Below, piece after piece: positions 29,393-38,933 of a stretch of 47,851 nucleotides of DNA (the first letter of the stretch is position 1; each line of letters opens with the position of its first letter). The notes below the pieces were generated by a model that ran no database searches, was not told the origin of the DNA, and saw only the letters and a program-made list of their open reading frames with translations. The position numbers and the translations under genes are program-made. The DNA is taken from contig CAZCME010000028.1 in NCBI GenBank assembly GCA_964499705.1, positions 1-47,851 on the forward strand, written 5' to 3'. Source of the stretch: an uncultured bacterium (lineage in GTDB: Bacteria; UBA8481).

Positions 29393-32300
29393 TTAAAGTC
29401 CGTAGCGGCGCGCCAGTTCCATGAAGTCCTCGTGATCGATGACTCCGTCGGGACCGTTCTTGCCGATGTCGTAGATGGCTATGTCGTCGGCGGCCATCGA
29501 GGAACCGATGAACTGCAGCATGGCGGCGACGTCGTTCTTCGTGATCGCCGAGTCGCCGTCGAAGTCGCCCATCGTCGTCGGGAGCAGACGGTAGGACGCC
29601 GTGTCCGAGTAGAAGCTCTCATTGATGGGGGATGATCCGTCGCGGGCGGTCACGCGGTAGTAATACCGCGTGATCATCGAGATAGCTGAATCCAGATAGG
29701 AGAGGGCCGTCGTTTCCGTCTTCATAGCCCACGAGTCGGGAGTCAGGCCGGTCCGTCGCCAGACGCGGTAAGCGGCGACGCCGGGAGCACCGCCGATGCC
29801 GTCTTCATTGGATACGGATGCGGACCAGGTGACTCGGATCTTCGAGCCCTCCGAATCGATGGACGTGATGACAGGCGACGCCGGAGCGATGGTATCGCCG
29901 TTGGGCGTCGTGTCGACCCTGCCGAGGCGGAAGGGGGACCAGACGGCAAGGCTGCCGCGGAAGATGGAGGCGATCGCGTAGGAATCCGAGGTGCCCCACC
30001 AGTTGCGCGTGAACGAATTGGCGCCGATTCCGGAATCTCTCGCGGGTTCGACGGTCAGTGTGACGTTGTTGCGGTGGATCTCGTTGCCGTAGGCTGAATC
30101 GCGGATCGAGAGGCCGGTGCCGCTTCGGTAGATGCCGTTCTGGGAGATCGAGTTCGTGCACGAACTCGACAAGTAAATTCCGATCGACTGCCATCCGAGT
30201 TCGTTCTCACGGATGAAGTTGCGGTTGGAGCCCGACATCGCCGCGATCCCGTAGCTCTGGCTGGAGTTGCGCGTGATGTTGCGTTCGATAATGTTGCTCT
30301 CCGAGCCGTCCGTCAGTTCGATCCCGTAGGACGTGTGATTCTCGATGCGGTTGCCGGTGACCCTGTTGCCGGAGGATTGCGTGAGCGAGATGCCGATGTT
30401 GCTGTTGTTGTAGACGGTGTTGGAGTCGACGGTCACGCTCGAGATGTTAGAGAAGTAGAGCCCGTACATGCCGTTGCCCCTGGTATTGTTGTTGTACACG
30501 GTGCCGTTCTGGGATGTGACCAGCATGATCCCGACGGACTGCGGATTCGCATGAGCGCGGTTTCCGGAAACAAAGACGCTGTCCAGCGTCGAGAGCTCGA
30601 TGCCGTGCAGTTCGTTCGAGTCGGTGGTGTTGTTCGTCACCGAGACGTTCGAGGCGTTCTGGATCTTCATGCCCTGCTGATTGCGTGAAAAGTTGTTGCC
30701 GGACACCGTGTGATTCCGGCCGCTGTTGATGTGCAGCGCGAGATTCGCGATCGAGTCGGCGGTGTTATTTGAAACGGTCGCGGCCGTGCAGTTCTCCAGC
30801 TTGATGCCCTGCTGGGCCCGGGTGAGGATGTTATCCGAGATCGTGTGATTCGTTCCGCCGTCGAGATGAATCGCGATGCTCGACGTCCGCTCCACCCGGC
30901 ATCCCGTTATGCCGGCGCGCTCGGATCCCGTCGCCTTGACCGCGTTCACGGCGTTCTTGAGCGTCAGGTTCCGGATGATGATTCCCGTGCAGTTGTCGAA
31001 CTTCGCGATCGCCGTCGTCGTAATGGAGTCGAGGCCGTCGAGTATGGTCGACTCGCCGGCGCCGATGATCGCGATGTTCTGACTCCGGATGTTCATCAGA
31101 TATCGGCTGCCGCTTATGAGCTCGGTCTCCGAATACGTTCCGGCGCCGAGGAAGATCGTGTCGCCGTCGTCGAGAAGATCGATGACCTTCAGAAGGCTCG
31201 CCTTCGGAACTCCCGAGTTCAAGCCGGTTCCGTCGTCGCTGCCGCCGGGCGAGACATACCAGGCGTTCGGTCCCACACCCGGCTTCGGAATCGTCGCCTT
31301 GAACATGCCGCGGCCGTGCGTTGCGGCGATGAGTGTGTCGTTGGTGAACCAGAAGAGTTCGTCCACTGAGACGTTCGCGGGACCGTCATTGACCGGCGAC
31401 CAGTTGAGGCCGCGGTCCTCGCTGGCGAAGATGCCGATCTCGGTTCCCGCGTAGAGCATGTCGCTGTTCCGGGGCGACACCGCAAGCGTGCGGATCGGAG
31501 CGGACGGCAGCTTGATCGTCGCCGTAGCATTCACGTCGGTCCACGTGACGCCGCCATCCTCGGATCTCCAGAGATTATTGCTCTTGAAACCGCCGAGCGT
31601 GACATAGACGCGCTGAGGCTTGTTCGGATCCACGACGATTCGAGTGATCATGCGGCCGGGTATCGGCCATGATCCGAGATCGTTCAGTCGCGTCCATGAT
31701 CCGGTCGGGTCCGAGAGGTGCGCCTGGTGCGTCTTGAAGATCGATCCGTCCATGTGGGCGGCGTAGACGACATTCGAGACGCCGGTCCCGACGACGGCGT
31801 TCGAATCGCTCGTCAAAGCGATCGCCGTGATGTAGTTGGTGGTATCGGCGGGAGGATTCTTGGCGACATACCAGGCGACCGGAGAACTCCGCGCGCCCGT
31901 CGTGCGCCAGAGGCTCAGGCCGCCCGCCCAGATCACCTCGGCGAAGGCGACGCGGTCGAGCACGAACGGCGCGATGAAGAGCGCGCGGCCGCTGTCGGCG
32001 TCGGTGATGCGGTTGGCGGGCAGTGAATTATTGATGTAGGCCGCCGACGCGCCGGCGTCGATCGAGCGAAAGATCTGGAGATTGGTGTACTCGCCCCAGA
32101 TGAAGTTCTCGTCGTTGGGATGCGCCGCGACAAAACCCCCATCGCCGCCGAACGTGGTCGTCCAGCCCAGGGCGTTGCCCGTGTATTTCAGCGTCCCGTT
32201 GTCCTGGGTGCCGCCGAAGATGATGCCGGTCGGCCCGGCGGATCCCGAGTAGAACTGCGTGATCCCGAGGTTGTTGTTGAGATACGTCCAGCCCGACGTC

Positions 32301-33832
32301 GCTGTCACCGTGTAGATGTCGTTCGCGCGCACAATGCCGCCGTCGTTCCCGAGATAGATCGTGGTGTTTGAGGTGCCGTTATAGCCCGGATGCGCGACGA
32401 TCATGTGCTGGTCGGCATGCGGAGAATTCGGCGTCTGGTCCCACTGGCTGATCTTCGTGAACGAGGCGCCTCCGTCGCGGGAACGCCACAATTCCACGCC
32501 GCCCACGACCACCGTCTGTGAGTCGGTCGGATCCACCCAGATGATGTTGTCGTACCACCCCTGCGCGCCCAGAAGACTGTCGCCGCCGGGGAGATACACG
32601 AACGACTGCCCCGAATCGTTCGATCGGTAGAACATCGAGTAGTCTCCCGGAGCCGTGCTGTCCTTGAGAGAAGCGTAGACAACATTCCGGTCCGACGGCG
32701 CCCATGCGACCTCGACGCGGCCGGCACCCGTCAGCCCCTGCACGATGGAGAAGGTCTGACCTGAATTCGTCGAGCGCATGACGACTCCGGATCTGGTTCC
32801 AGAGACGACGATGCGTGAATCGGACGGGTTGAAGTCCACGTCCAGCATCTCGGATCCATTGGTGATGGTCCAGTTCGCTCCGCCGTTGGTCGTCCGATAC
32901 ATCCCCCCCTGTGTGGCCGCCAGAAGCACCTGGGGATTATCCGGCGCCATCGAGAGGCGATTCACGTAGAGAAAGCTGGAGTCGATGTTGGGACTCGTCT
33001 GAGACAGCTGGTCCCATGTCGTTCCGCCGTTGGTCGTCTTGAAGATTCCGAAGCCCTGCAGACCATCGACGTTGTAAAACCCCTCGCCCGTTCCCGCATA
33101 CAGGATCGAAGGGTTCGTCGAGTCGATAACCATGCACGTCACATTCAAATTGGGCATGAAATCATTCTGCGGCGACCACGAAGCGCCGGCATTGTTGGAT
33201 TTCCAGATCCCTCCGGAGACCGCGCCGATCCAGAGCTGGCTCGGATCCGTGGGGTGAATGACGATCGATCGGATTCGTCCGCCGATATTTCCAGGCCCGA
33301 TCCACGTCCACCGGGACGAATCAATGCCTGCCACTTCGGGCCCCTCCGCCCGCATCTGTTCCGCCTGCGCCGCGGCCTCGACGATACCGTTACGAGGAAT
33401 GGTTCCATCCTCGCTGCGCGCGGCAAGAAGGCGCCAGGCGACTGCCTCGCCGGGGTGATCGGGCTTGGGGTGCGTCGATCGCCATAGGGACCGAGCCAGC
33501 TTGGAGACATTCATCGTCATGATCTGATCGATATCGAGGGACCGCGAATTACGAACGTGCAGCAGAAGTTCCGCGTCGAGCCCGAATCTCCGGGCGACGA
33601 GTTCCGGAGTCCACGGTCGAGGCGGCAAAGTTTCGCCGTTCCACCGTACGTTGTCGAGGATCGCGCGTTCGACCTCCGATTGATTCATCGAACGAATTGT
33701 CTCAGTCGATAACTGCGGGAGTGGCCCGATCAGGAATTGCTCCGTCGCCAATGCTGGCGGGCAGCAGGCCATCAATCCGCCAGCAACGATCACAGCGACT
33801 ATCACCGCCCGTGAATTAAACGCACGCATCAT
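29393..33832 (-). CDS. Secreted BNR/VPS10-like beta-propeller protein fused to beta-helix + FN3 module and C-terminal dockerin/EF-hand-like domain
   Basis: Signal peptide after ATG 33832 (RBS GGAGA); W..IGPGNIGGRI, GGIWKSNNAG.SW, HADQH, GGTQDNG, GGDGG, ATHGRG; beta-helix repeats; GDFDGDSAIT..D and DGVIDHEDF. Confidence 0.85.
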   Translation of the reverse strand: MMRAFNSRAVIVAVIVAGGLMACCPPALATEQFLIGPLPQLSTETIRSMNQSEVERAILDNVRWNGETLPPRPWTPELVARRFGLDAELLLHVRNSRSLDIDQIMTMNVSKLARSLWRSTHPKPDHPGEAVAWRLLAARSEDGTIPRNGIVEAAAQAEQMRAEGPEVAGIDSSRWTWIGPGNIGGRIRSIVIHPTDPSQLWIGAVSGGIWKSNNAGASWSPQNDFMPNLNVTCMVIDSTNPSILYAGTGEGFYNVDGLQGFGIFKTTNGGTTWDQLSQTSPNIDSSFLYVNRLSMAPDNPQVLLAATQGGMYRTTNGGANWTITNGSEMLDVDFNPSDSRIVVSGTRSGVVMRSTNSGQTFSIVQGLTGAGRVEVAWAPSDRNVVYASLKDSTAPGDYSMFYRSNDSGQSFVYLPGGDSLLGAQGWYDNIIWVDPTDSQTVVVGGVELWRSRDGGASFTKISQWDQTPNSPHADQHMIVAHPGYNGTSNTTIYLGNDGGIVRANDIYTVTATSGWTYLNNNLGITQFYSGSAGPTGIIFGGTQDNGTLKYTGNALGWTTTFGGDGGFVAAHPNDENFIWGEYTNLQIFRSIDAGASAAYINNSLPANRITDADSGRALFIAPFVLDRVAFAEVIWAGGLSLWRTTGARSSPVAWYVAKNPPADTTNYITAIALTSDSNAVVGTGVSNVVYAAHMDGSIFKTHQAHLSDPTGSWTRLNDLGSWPIPGRMITRIVVDPNKPQRVYVTLGGFKSNNLWRSEDGGVTWTDVNATATIKLPSAPIRTLAVSPRNSDMLYAGTEIGIFASEDRGLNWSPVNDGPANVSVDELFWFTNDTLIAATHGRGMFKATIPKPGVGPNAWYVSPGGSDDGTGLNSGVPKASLLKVIDLLDDGDTIFLGAGTYSETELISGSRYLMNIRSQNIAIIGAGESTILDGLDSITTTAIAKFDNCTGIIIRNLTLKNAVNAVKATGSERAGITGCRVERTSSIAIHLDGGTNHTISDNILTRAQQGIKLENCTAATVSNNTADSIANLALHINSGRNHTVSGNNFSRNQQGMKIQNASNVSVTNNTTDSNELHGIELSTLDSVFVSGNRAHANPQSVGIMLVTSQNGTVYNNNTRGNGMYGLYFSNISSVTVDSNTVYNNSNIGISLTQSSGNRVTGNRIENHTSYGIELTDGSESNIIERNITRNSSQSYGIAAMSGSNRNFIRENELGWQSIGIYLSSSCTNSISQNGIYRSGTGLSIRDSAYGNEIHRNNVTLTVEPARDSGIGANSFTRNWWGTSDSYAIASIFRGSLAVWSPFRLGRVDTTPNGDTIAPASPVITSIDSEGSKIRVTWSASVSNEDGIGGAPGVAAYRVWRRTGLTPDSWAMKTETTALSYLDSAISMITRYYYRVTARDGSSPINESFYSDTASYRLLPTTMGDFDGDSAITKNDVAAMLQFIGSSMAADDIAIYDIGKNGPDGVIDHEDFMELARRYGL

Positions 33833-34019
33833 CTTTCTCCCGCCCCCGCAATCAAATTGCGATGGCATTTTCTATTTCAGGAAGACGACCCCTGCGTTAT
33901 CGCGCTAGGCGATAACCGCTCCTGGTCTTTACCGGCGAATTCTCAACCTCTTCAAGCTTCATGGAGGTTCGTTCGAGGACGCGGATCCTAGATTCAGATC
34001 GCAACCCTGTCCAGAGAAT

Positions 34020-34093
34020 ATGTGACCTTTAATGCAACGCGGGTGATCGACCACGAAGATTTCCTGGAACCGGGGAAGCGGTTCGGACAACGA
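34020..34093 (+). pseudogene. Remnant 3' end of a paralogous dockerin-like domain
   Basis: 34040-34093 reads RVIDHEDFLEPGKRFGQR, aligning with GVIDHEDFMELARRYGL* of the neighbouring minus-strand gene; no upstream open frame. Confidence 0.6.
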
Positions 34094-34201
34094 TCCGACC
34101 TGAATCCGGCGGTGTACAAAAACAGGGAGCGACAGGCCTGACGCCTGCCGCTCCCGGGGTGTGAAATCAGCTCGGCTTAGAAAAGCTTCCGATACTCCGC
34201 A
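34087..34201 (+). repeat. Right copy of ~115-bp direct repeat
   Basis: Matches 29061-29176 apart from a 1-bp deletion and two substitutions. Confidence 0.95.
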
Positions 34202-35304
34202 TAGCCTTCCTTCTCCAGATCCTCCTTCGGGATGAACCGGAGCGATGCGGAATTGATGCAATAGCGGAGACCGGTCGGGGCGGGCCCGTCGTCGAAGACG
34301 TGGCCGAGATGCGAGTCGGCATGCTTGCTGCGGACTTCCGTTCGGACCATGAAGTGGCTGCCGTCTTTGATCTCCACGACGTTGTCCGGTTCCAGCGGCC
34401 ATGTGAAGCTGGGCCAACCCGTGCCGGAGTTGAACTTTTCAGCGGACGAGAAGAGCGGCTCGCCGGAGACGATGTCGACATAGATGCCTTCGCGGTGGTT
34501 GTCCCAGAATTCATTCTGGAAGGGCGGTTCCGTTCCATTCTGCCGCGCGACCTGGAACTGGATTGGGGAGAGACGGTTCCGCAGTTCCGATTCCGGGGGA
34601 ATCACGTATGTACGCCGGGCCGGTGTCATCGTGTCGGAGGATAACGCGTTCGGACTCACTCCGCTCCAGGTCTTTTCGATGAACGGCTCCCGGCCCGAAC
34701 CGGACCGGTACATGGTGTATCGGATCGGATTGGTCTTGTAATAGTCCTGGTGGTAATCCTCCGCGGGATAGAATTTCTTCAGCGGGAGAATTTCCGTGAC
34801 GATGGGCCTGGAGAAGACTCCGGATTTCCCGAGTGCTTCCCTGGATTCCATGGCGAGTTTTCGTTGCTCCTCGTTTTCGTAAAATATGCCGGAACGGTAT
34901 TGCCGTCCGCGATCGACAAATTGTCCGCCGGCGTCAGTCGGATCGACGTGACGCCAGAAATGATCGAGCAATTGGCGGTAGGAGACCTTCTTCGGATCGT
35001 AGACAACCTGCACCGCCTCGTAATGGCCGGTCGTGCCGCTGCTCACCTGTTCATACGTCGGATTCCGCTCGTCGCCGCCCGTGTAACCGGAGATCGCCTG
35101 GACGACGCCGTCGCGCTTCTCGAAGTCCGACTCCGTGCACCAGAAGCATCCGCCCGCGAAGACCGCGGTCTTCAGATCCTTATTCTCCATGAGGGCCGCT
35201 CCTTCCGTCGGTTTCGCGCCCGCGCATTCCGACGCCAGCGTCACCAGCGCGACGCTCACCACCGCCACGGCTCCGACAGTACCCGCCATTTTCGCGAATT
35301 TCAT
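34177..35304 (-). CDS. msrAB: Bifunctional peptide-methionine sulfoxide reductase MsrA-MsrB with signal peptide
   Basis: [20 protein letters not shown] (MsrA); [32 protein letters not shown] (MsrB). Confidence 0.96.
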   Translation of the reverse strand: MKFAKMAGTVGAVAVVSVALVTLASECAGAKPTEGAALMENKDLKTAVFAGGCFWCTESDFEKRDGVVQAISGYTGGDERNPTYEQVSSGTTGHYEAVQVVYDPKKVSYRQLLDHFWRHVDPTDAGGQFVDRGRQYRSGIFYENEEQRKLAMESREALGKSGVFSRPIVTEILPLKKFYPAEDYHQDYYKTNPIRYTMYRSGSGREPFIEKTWSGVSPNALSSDTMTPARRTYVIPPESELRNRLSPIQFQVARQNGTEPPFQNEFWDNHREGIYVDIVSGEPLFSSAEKFNSGTGWPSFTWPLEPDNVVEIKDGSHFMVRTEVRSKHADSHLGHVFDDGPAPTGLRYCINSASLRFIPKEDLEKEGYAEYRKLF

Positions 35305-35418
35305 GATGAATTCCTTTCCTCTTCCATTATCTCAGAAGACCGTCTCGGGTTCTTCTGTTCGTTGGTCGAGCCTGAACTGGACGGATTACAGCGGAATTGT
35401 GTAAAAAAACGAACGGAA

Positions 35419-36387
35419 TCAGGGCAATGTCAGATATGTGAGGATGGCCGCGATGAAGAAGACGAGAAGTAGAATGGCCCAGACGATGCGCGGCAGAGGG
35501 CGCGACGAATTCGCGGCAGGGCGGCGCGGACCGGGCGCGGCGGCCGGTTCGACGGCGACCGCGGGCTCGTCATCTCCCATGGAATCCTTGCCGATGACGT
35601 AGACGTTCACGAGCGGATGAATTTCAATGGTTCCGACCGCGGTGGGATCGTTCAGGGGATTCAGGCGCATCCGGACGACCTTGCGCTTCAGATCCTCCTC
35701 AAGGCTGATGATCCGGAAATGCCTGTCGCGGTCCTTCTCCGGAGCGATGATTCCTCCGAGCGTGAGGTCGCGCGCCGCGACTCCCTGGCCGATGGGCGGC
35801 GAGAATTCGATGCGAAGCGAACTTCCGGGAAAGGCAGGCGCGAAGGCGGGCTCAGCGGACTCCACGTTCGCCGCTCCTTCGAACGCATAGTTCCATTGGG
35901 CTCCCTCCGTGAGATTCATGGCGGTGATGATGTCGGAGTGAACACCTTCCACGAGCGCCCGCGCATCGCGGAGACGGCCGCGGTCCTCGGAGGCGGCGGA
36001 CGAACCGGGCGCCAGCGACGTGGCGGCCTGCCAGTAGCGTCGGTAAATATTGGCGTCGGAAAACCGGGATCGAACGGCGCGCTCGAAGTCGGCATGCCAC
36101 CGGGTCGTCGGATTTCCGGAATCGAGAATGATGCTTCCCAGGGAGACGTTGATCTCCTCCTTGATGAGCCGCGTCGCGCTGTCGGCCGTGCAGACAAAGG
36201 GGGCGGAACGGAACGCGCGCATGATCGTCGGAACGGGGATTTTCGCGGTCGCATCGGCGGGGGGAGCATCGAGATAAAGAAGGACGAGGCCATTGAATTC
36301 CTCGCCGTCGCGACCGACCTGGATCGTTCCCTTGGAGGTGATGCGTTCCAGGTTCTCTCCATCAGCCGGGACAGATTCGATTGTCAT
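35419..36387 (-). CDS. Hypothetical protein with C-terminal transmembrane anchor
   Basis: ATG 36387 lies 7 bp after the pfk stop; Pro/Ala linker then IVWAILLLVFFIAAILTYLTLP. Confidence 0.65.
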   Translation of the reverse strand: MTIESVPADGENLERITSKGTIQVGRDGEEFNGLVLLYLDAPPADATAKIPVPTIMRAFRSAPFVCTADSATRLIKEEINVSLGSIILDSGNPTTRWHADFERAVRSRFSDANIYRRYWQAATSLAPGSSAASEDRGRLRDARALVEGVHSDIITAMNLTEGAQWNYAFEGAANVESAEPAFAPAFPGSSLRIEFSPPIGQGVAARDLTLGGIIAPEKDRDRHFRIISLEEDLKRKVVRMRLNPLNDPTAVGTIEIHPLVNVYVIGKDSMGDDEPAVAVEPAAAPGPRRPAANSSRPLPRIVWAILLLVFFIAAILTYLTLP

Positions 36388-36394
36388 GGTATCT

Positions 36395-37471
36395 TCAGTC
36401 GCCGAACGAGATGCCCAGTTCCCGCGCCGACGTGATGACATCGGAGCCCGTCGGGACGGTCTTCATTTGGCCGATGGCTTCTTCGATCGGAACGGGAACG
36501 ATATCGGGAGGATGAAGCGCGACCATCACCTGGAATTTCTCCTGCGCGACCATCCGCACGGCCGCGGCTCCGAAGCGCGTCGCGACCAGCCGGTCGAATG
36601 TTGTCGGCTCGCCTCCGCGCTGGAGGTGGCCGAGGACGAGCGCGCGGGATTCGCGGCCGGTCATTTCGGTGATCTCGTGCGCGACGCGGTCGGCGATGCC
36701 GCCCAGCAGCTCCGCGCGCCCCTTTCCCTGATCCTTCTTCACGACGACGCCGCCTTCGGCCGGCGTGGCGCCTTCGGCCACGACGACGATGCAGAAATTG
36801 GATCCGGATTCATAGCGCTCTTCCACCTTGCGGCAGACACTTTCCATCCGGAAGGGGATTTCCGGGATGAGGATGATATCCGCGCCGCCGGCCACGCCGG
36901 CATTCAGGGCGATCCATCCCGCGTAACGCCCCATCAGCTCCACCACCATCACGCGCTCGTGGCTCTGCGCAGTGGAGTGCAGCCGGTCGATCGCGTCGGT
37001 CGCGACTGATACCGCGGTATCAAAGCCGAAAGTGATGACCGTGGAGGAGAGATCGTTGTCGATCGTCTTCGGAACCCCCACGACCGGGATTCCCTTTCTG
37101 CCAAGAGCGGCGGCGATGCCGAGCGTGCCGTCGCCGCCGATCACGACAAGCGCTTCAAGGCCGAGCTTCTTGAAATTGGCGACGACATCGTCCGACCTGT
37201 CCCGGACGATCTCCTCCCCGTTCACTTTTTCCGCCACCTTGAACGGATTGGACCGGTTGGACGTTCCGAGGATCGTTCCGCCGCGGTTCAGGATTCCCGT
37301 CACGTCGCCGCCGGTCAGCTTCGTCACCGCGGACGTATCGAGGAGCCCCTCGAAACCCTTGCGGATTCCGTACACATCCCAACCGCGCCGCAGAGAACCT
37401 TTTACCGCCGCGCGAATGACGGCGTTGAGACCCGGGCAGTCGCCTCCGCCCGTCAATATGCCGATCTTCAT
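36395..37471 (-). CDS. pfkA: 6-phosphofructokinase (group III type, GGDG/PKTIDND)
   Basis: TGGGDCPGLNAVIRA, GGTILG, IGGDGT, PKTIDND, ELMGRYAG, LGHLQRGG; start ATG 37471. Confidence 0.93.
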   Translation of the reverse strand: MKIGILTGGGDCPGLNAVIRAAVKGSLRRGWDVYGIRKGFEGLLDTSAVTKLTGGDVTGILNRGGTILGTSNRSNPFKVAEKVNGEEIVRDRSDDVVANFKKLGLEALVVIGGDGTLGIAAALGRKGIPVVGVPKTIDNDLSSTVITFGFDTAVSVATDAIDRLHSTAQSHERVMVVELMGRYAGWIALNAGVAGGADIILIPEIPFRMESVCRKVEERYESGSNFCIVVVAEGATPAEGGVVVKKDQGKGRAELLGGIADRVAHEITEMTGRESRALVLGHLQRGGEPTTFDRLVATRFGAAAVRMVAQEKFQVMVALHPPDIVPVPIEEAIGQMKTVPTGSDVITSARELGISFGD

Positions 37472-37563
37472 GCCGGACCCGCCTTTCGCGCCGCCCTGCT
37501 CCTGCCGCGGCTCCCGGGAATCATGGCTCAACGACGCGTGGCGTCAAGGCCCAAAAAGAGCGC

Positions 37564-37603
37564 GTCTCATCGAAAACTAACATTCCCCACATCATGAACT
37601 CAT
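37564..37603 (+). promoter_or_regulatory. Possible Pho-box-like repeats upstream of porin-pstS
   Basis: Heptamers at 11-bp spacing: GTCTCAT 37564, AACTAAC 37575, CCCACAT 37586, AACTCAT 37597; degenerate. Confidence 0.3.
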
Positions 37604-37669
37604 CCTGACCGCGCATTCTTCTGGCCGAACGCGAGAAATAAAACGCGCGAAATCATGGGAGGAGGAATC

Positions 37670-38908
37670 ATGGCAATGAACACGACAAGAGGCATGGCGA
37701 GGGGGATCGCGCTGGCTTTGATCTGCGCTCTGTGCGGTATATCCGCGGAGGCGATGAAGCTCTATCGCGACAACGAAACAGGAGAGATGTACGGTTCACC
37801 CGGAGAAAACCGGGAGGAGTACAAGCCGTTCGGTCTCGACATCGGCTTTCTCTTCTTCCTGGAATACAGGAATGAGCTCGAGGACCGCGACCAGCCGGCG
37901 GGGACGGCCTACGCGAACAAGACCACGACCACTTCACCTTATGACGCGTTCGCGGCGACGAGAACTGTTGTGGAGTTCAAGCGGTCGTTCGGCAAGACGG
38001 CCCGCGCGAAGCTGGTGCTGGATAATCGAGGAGCCACAACCGGCGGATACAACGTCTATGTCCGGCATGTGATCGGAGAGGTCGATATTCCGAAGCTCTC
38101 ATCCACGTTTTCCTTCGGTGAACTTTCGACGCCGACGGTCTCCTATGAGGACGGTTTCTGGGGCAATCGCGTCCAGGGCACGAACTTTTTCGAGCGCGAG
38201 GGCGTCTTCACATCGGGCGACTGGGGCCTCGGCTGGCTGACGAAATTCGACGCGGTTCCGCTGGAATGGTACACCACCTTCACCAACGGCGAGGGCCGGA
38301 CGACGGCGGAAGCCAACAGCGGCAAGACGATCGAGACGCGGTTGACGTGGAAGACTCCCATCGCCGATCTGACGATGAGCGGAGGCTATCAGTATTCCTG
38401 GGGCGGCAACTTCGTCGGGACTCCGAACACGGGCGTCGATATCCGACAGGACCGGATCGTCGCTTCGCTCCATTACAAGAAGCCGTTCTGGCGCATCGGA
38501 GCCGACTACATGTATGCGCGGGATGAAGCGAATTCGTATGCCAACGCCGCCCTCCTGTTGAACAACGGAACGGCGAACATGAATCGGCAATCGATTCCGG
38601 TCGCGGGTTATGCGCTCACGGAAATCGCCAGCCGCGGAGCTTCCGTTTCGGCGGTCGCGGACATTCCCGGGACGGACTGGAGCATTCTCGGCCGGTACGA
38701 TTATTACCAGCCGGGCACATTCTATCGCGACAACGAGCATACGCGCTGGCTGGCGGGCCCGATCTACAAGCTGAACGACAACATGCGTTTCCTGCTGACC
38801 TACGAAGCTCTCGATTTCACGCAGCGCGCGGAGCAGGCCTCGGGAAACAGGACCACGAATTCCTATGACCAGTCGAGACTGCTGCTGCAGTCCGAGATCA
38901 AGTTCTAG
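37670..38908 (+). CDS. Outer-membrane porin, probably phosphate-uptake associated
   Basis: RBS GGAGGA, signal peptide, amphipathic beta-strands, NGEG and GRYD motifs, C-terminal Phe (SEIKF); directly upstream of pstS. Confidence 0.7.
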   Translation: MAMNTTRGMARGIALALICALCGISAEAMKLYRDNETGEMYGSPGENREEYKPFGLDIGFLFFLEYRNELEDRDQPAGTAYANKTTTTSPYDAFAATRTVVEFKRSFGKTARAKLVLDNRGATTGGYNVYVRHVIGEVDIPKLSSTFSFGELSTPTVSYEDGFWGNRVQGTNFFEREGVFTSGDWGLGWLTKFDAVPLEWYTTFTNGEGRTTAEANSGKTIETRLTWKTPIADLTMSGGYQYSWGGNFVGTPNTGVDIRQDRIVASLHYKKPFWRIGADYMYARDEANSYANAALLLNNGTANMNRQSIPVAGYALTEIASRGASVSAVADIPGTDWSILGRYDYYQPGTFYRDNEHTRWLAGPIYKLNDNMRFLLTYEALDFTQRAEQASGNRTTNSYDQSRLLLQSEIKF

Positions 38909-38933
38909 CACGGCCGACGAAAAGGAGATTAAA

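Noticed and set aside
29061-34201. Repeats as a CRISPR array or integron attC sites
   Set aside because: Only two copies 5 kb apart, made of gene ends; no cas or intI genes and no attC core pattern recognised.
20118-37471. Genome-wide reassignment of GGC/GGU to Leu implied by the odd tRNA
   Set aside because: GGC encodes invariant glycines in EngB G1, the ABC Walker A and PFK GGGDCPG, so the standard code holds.
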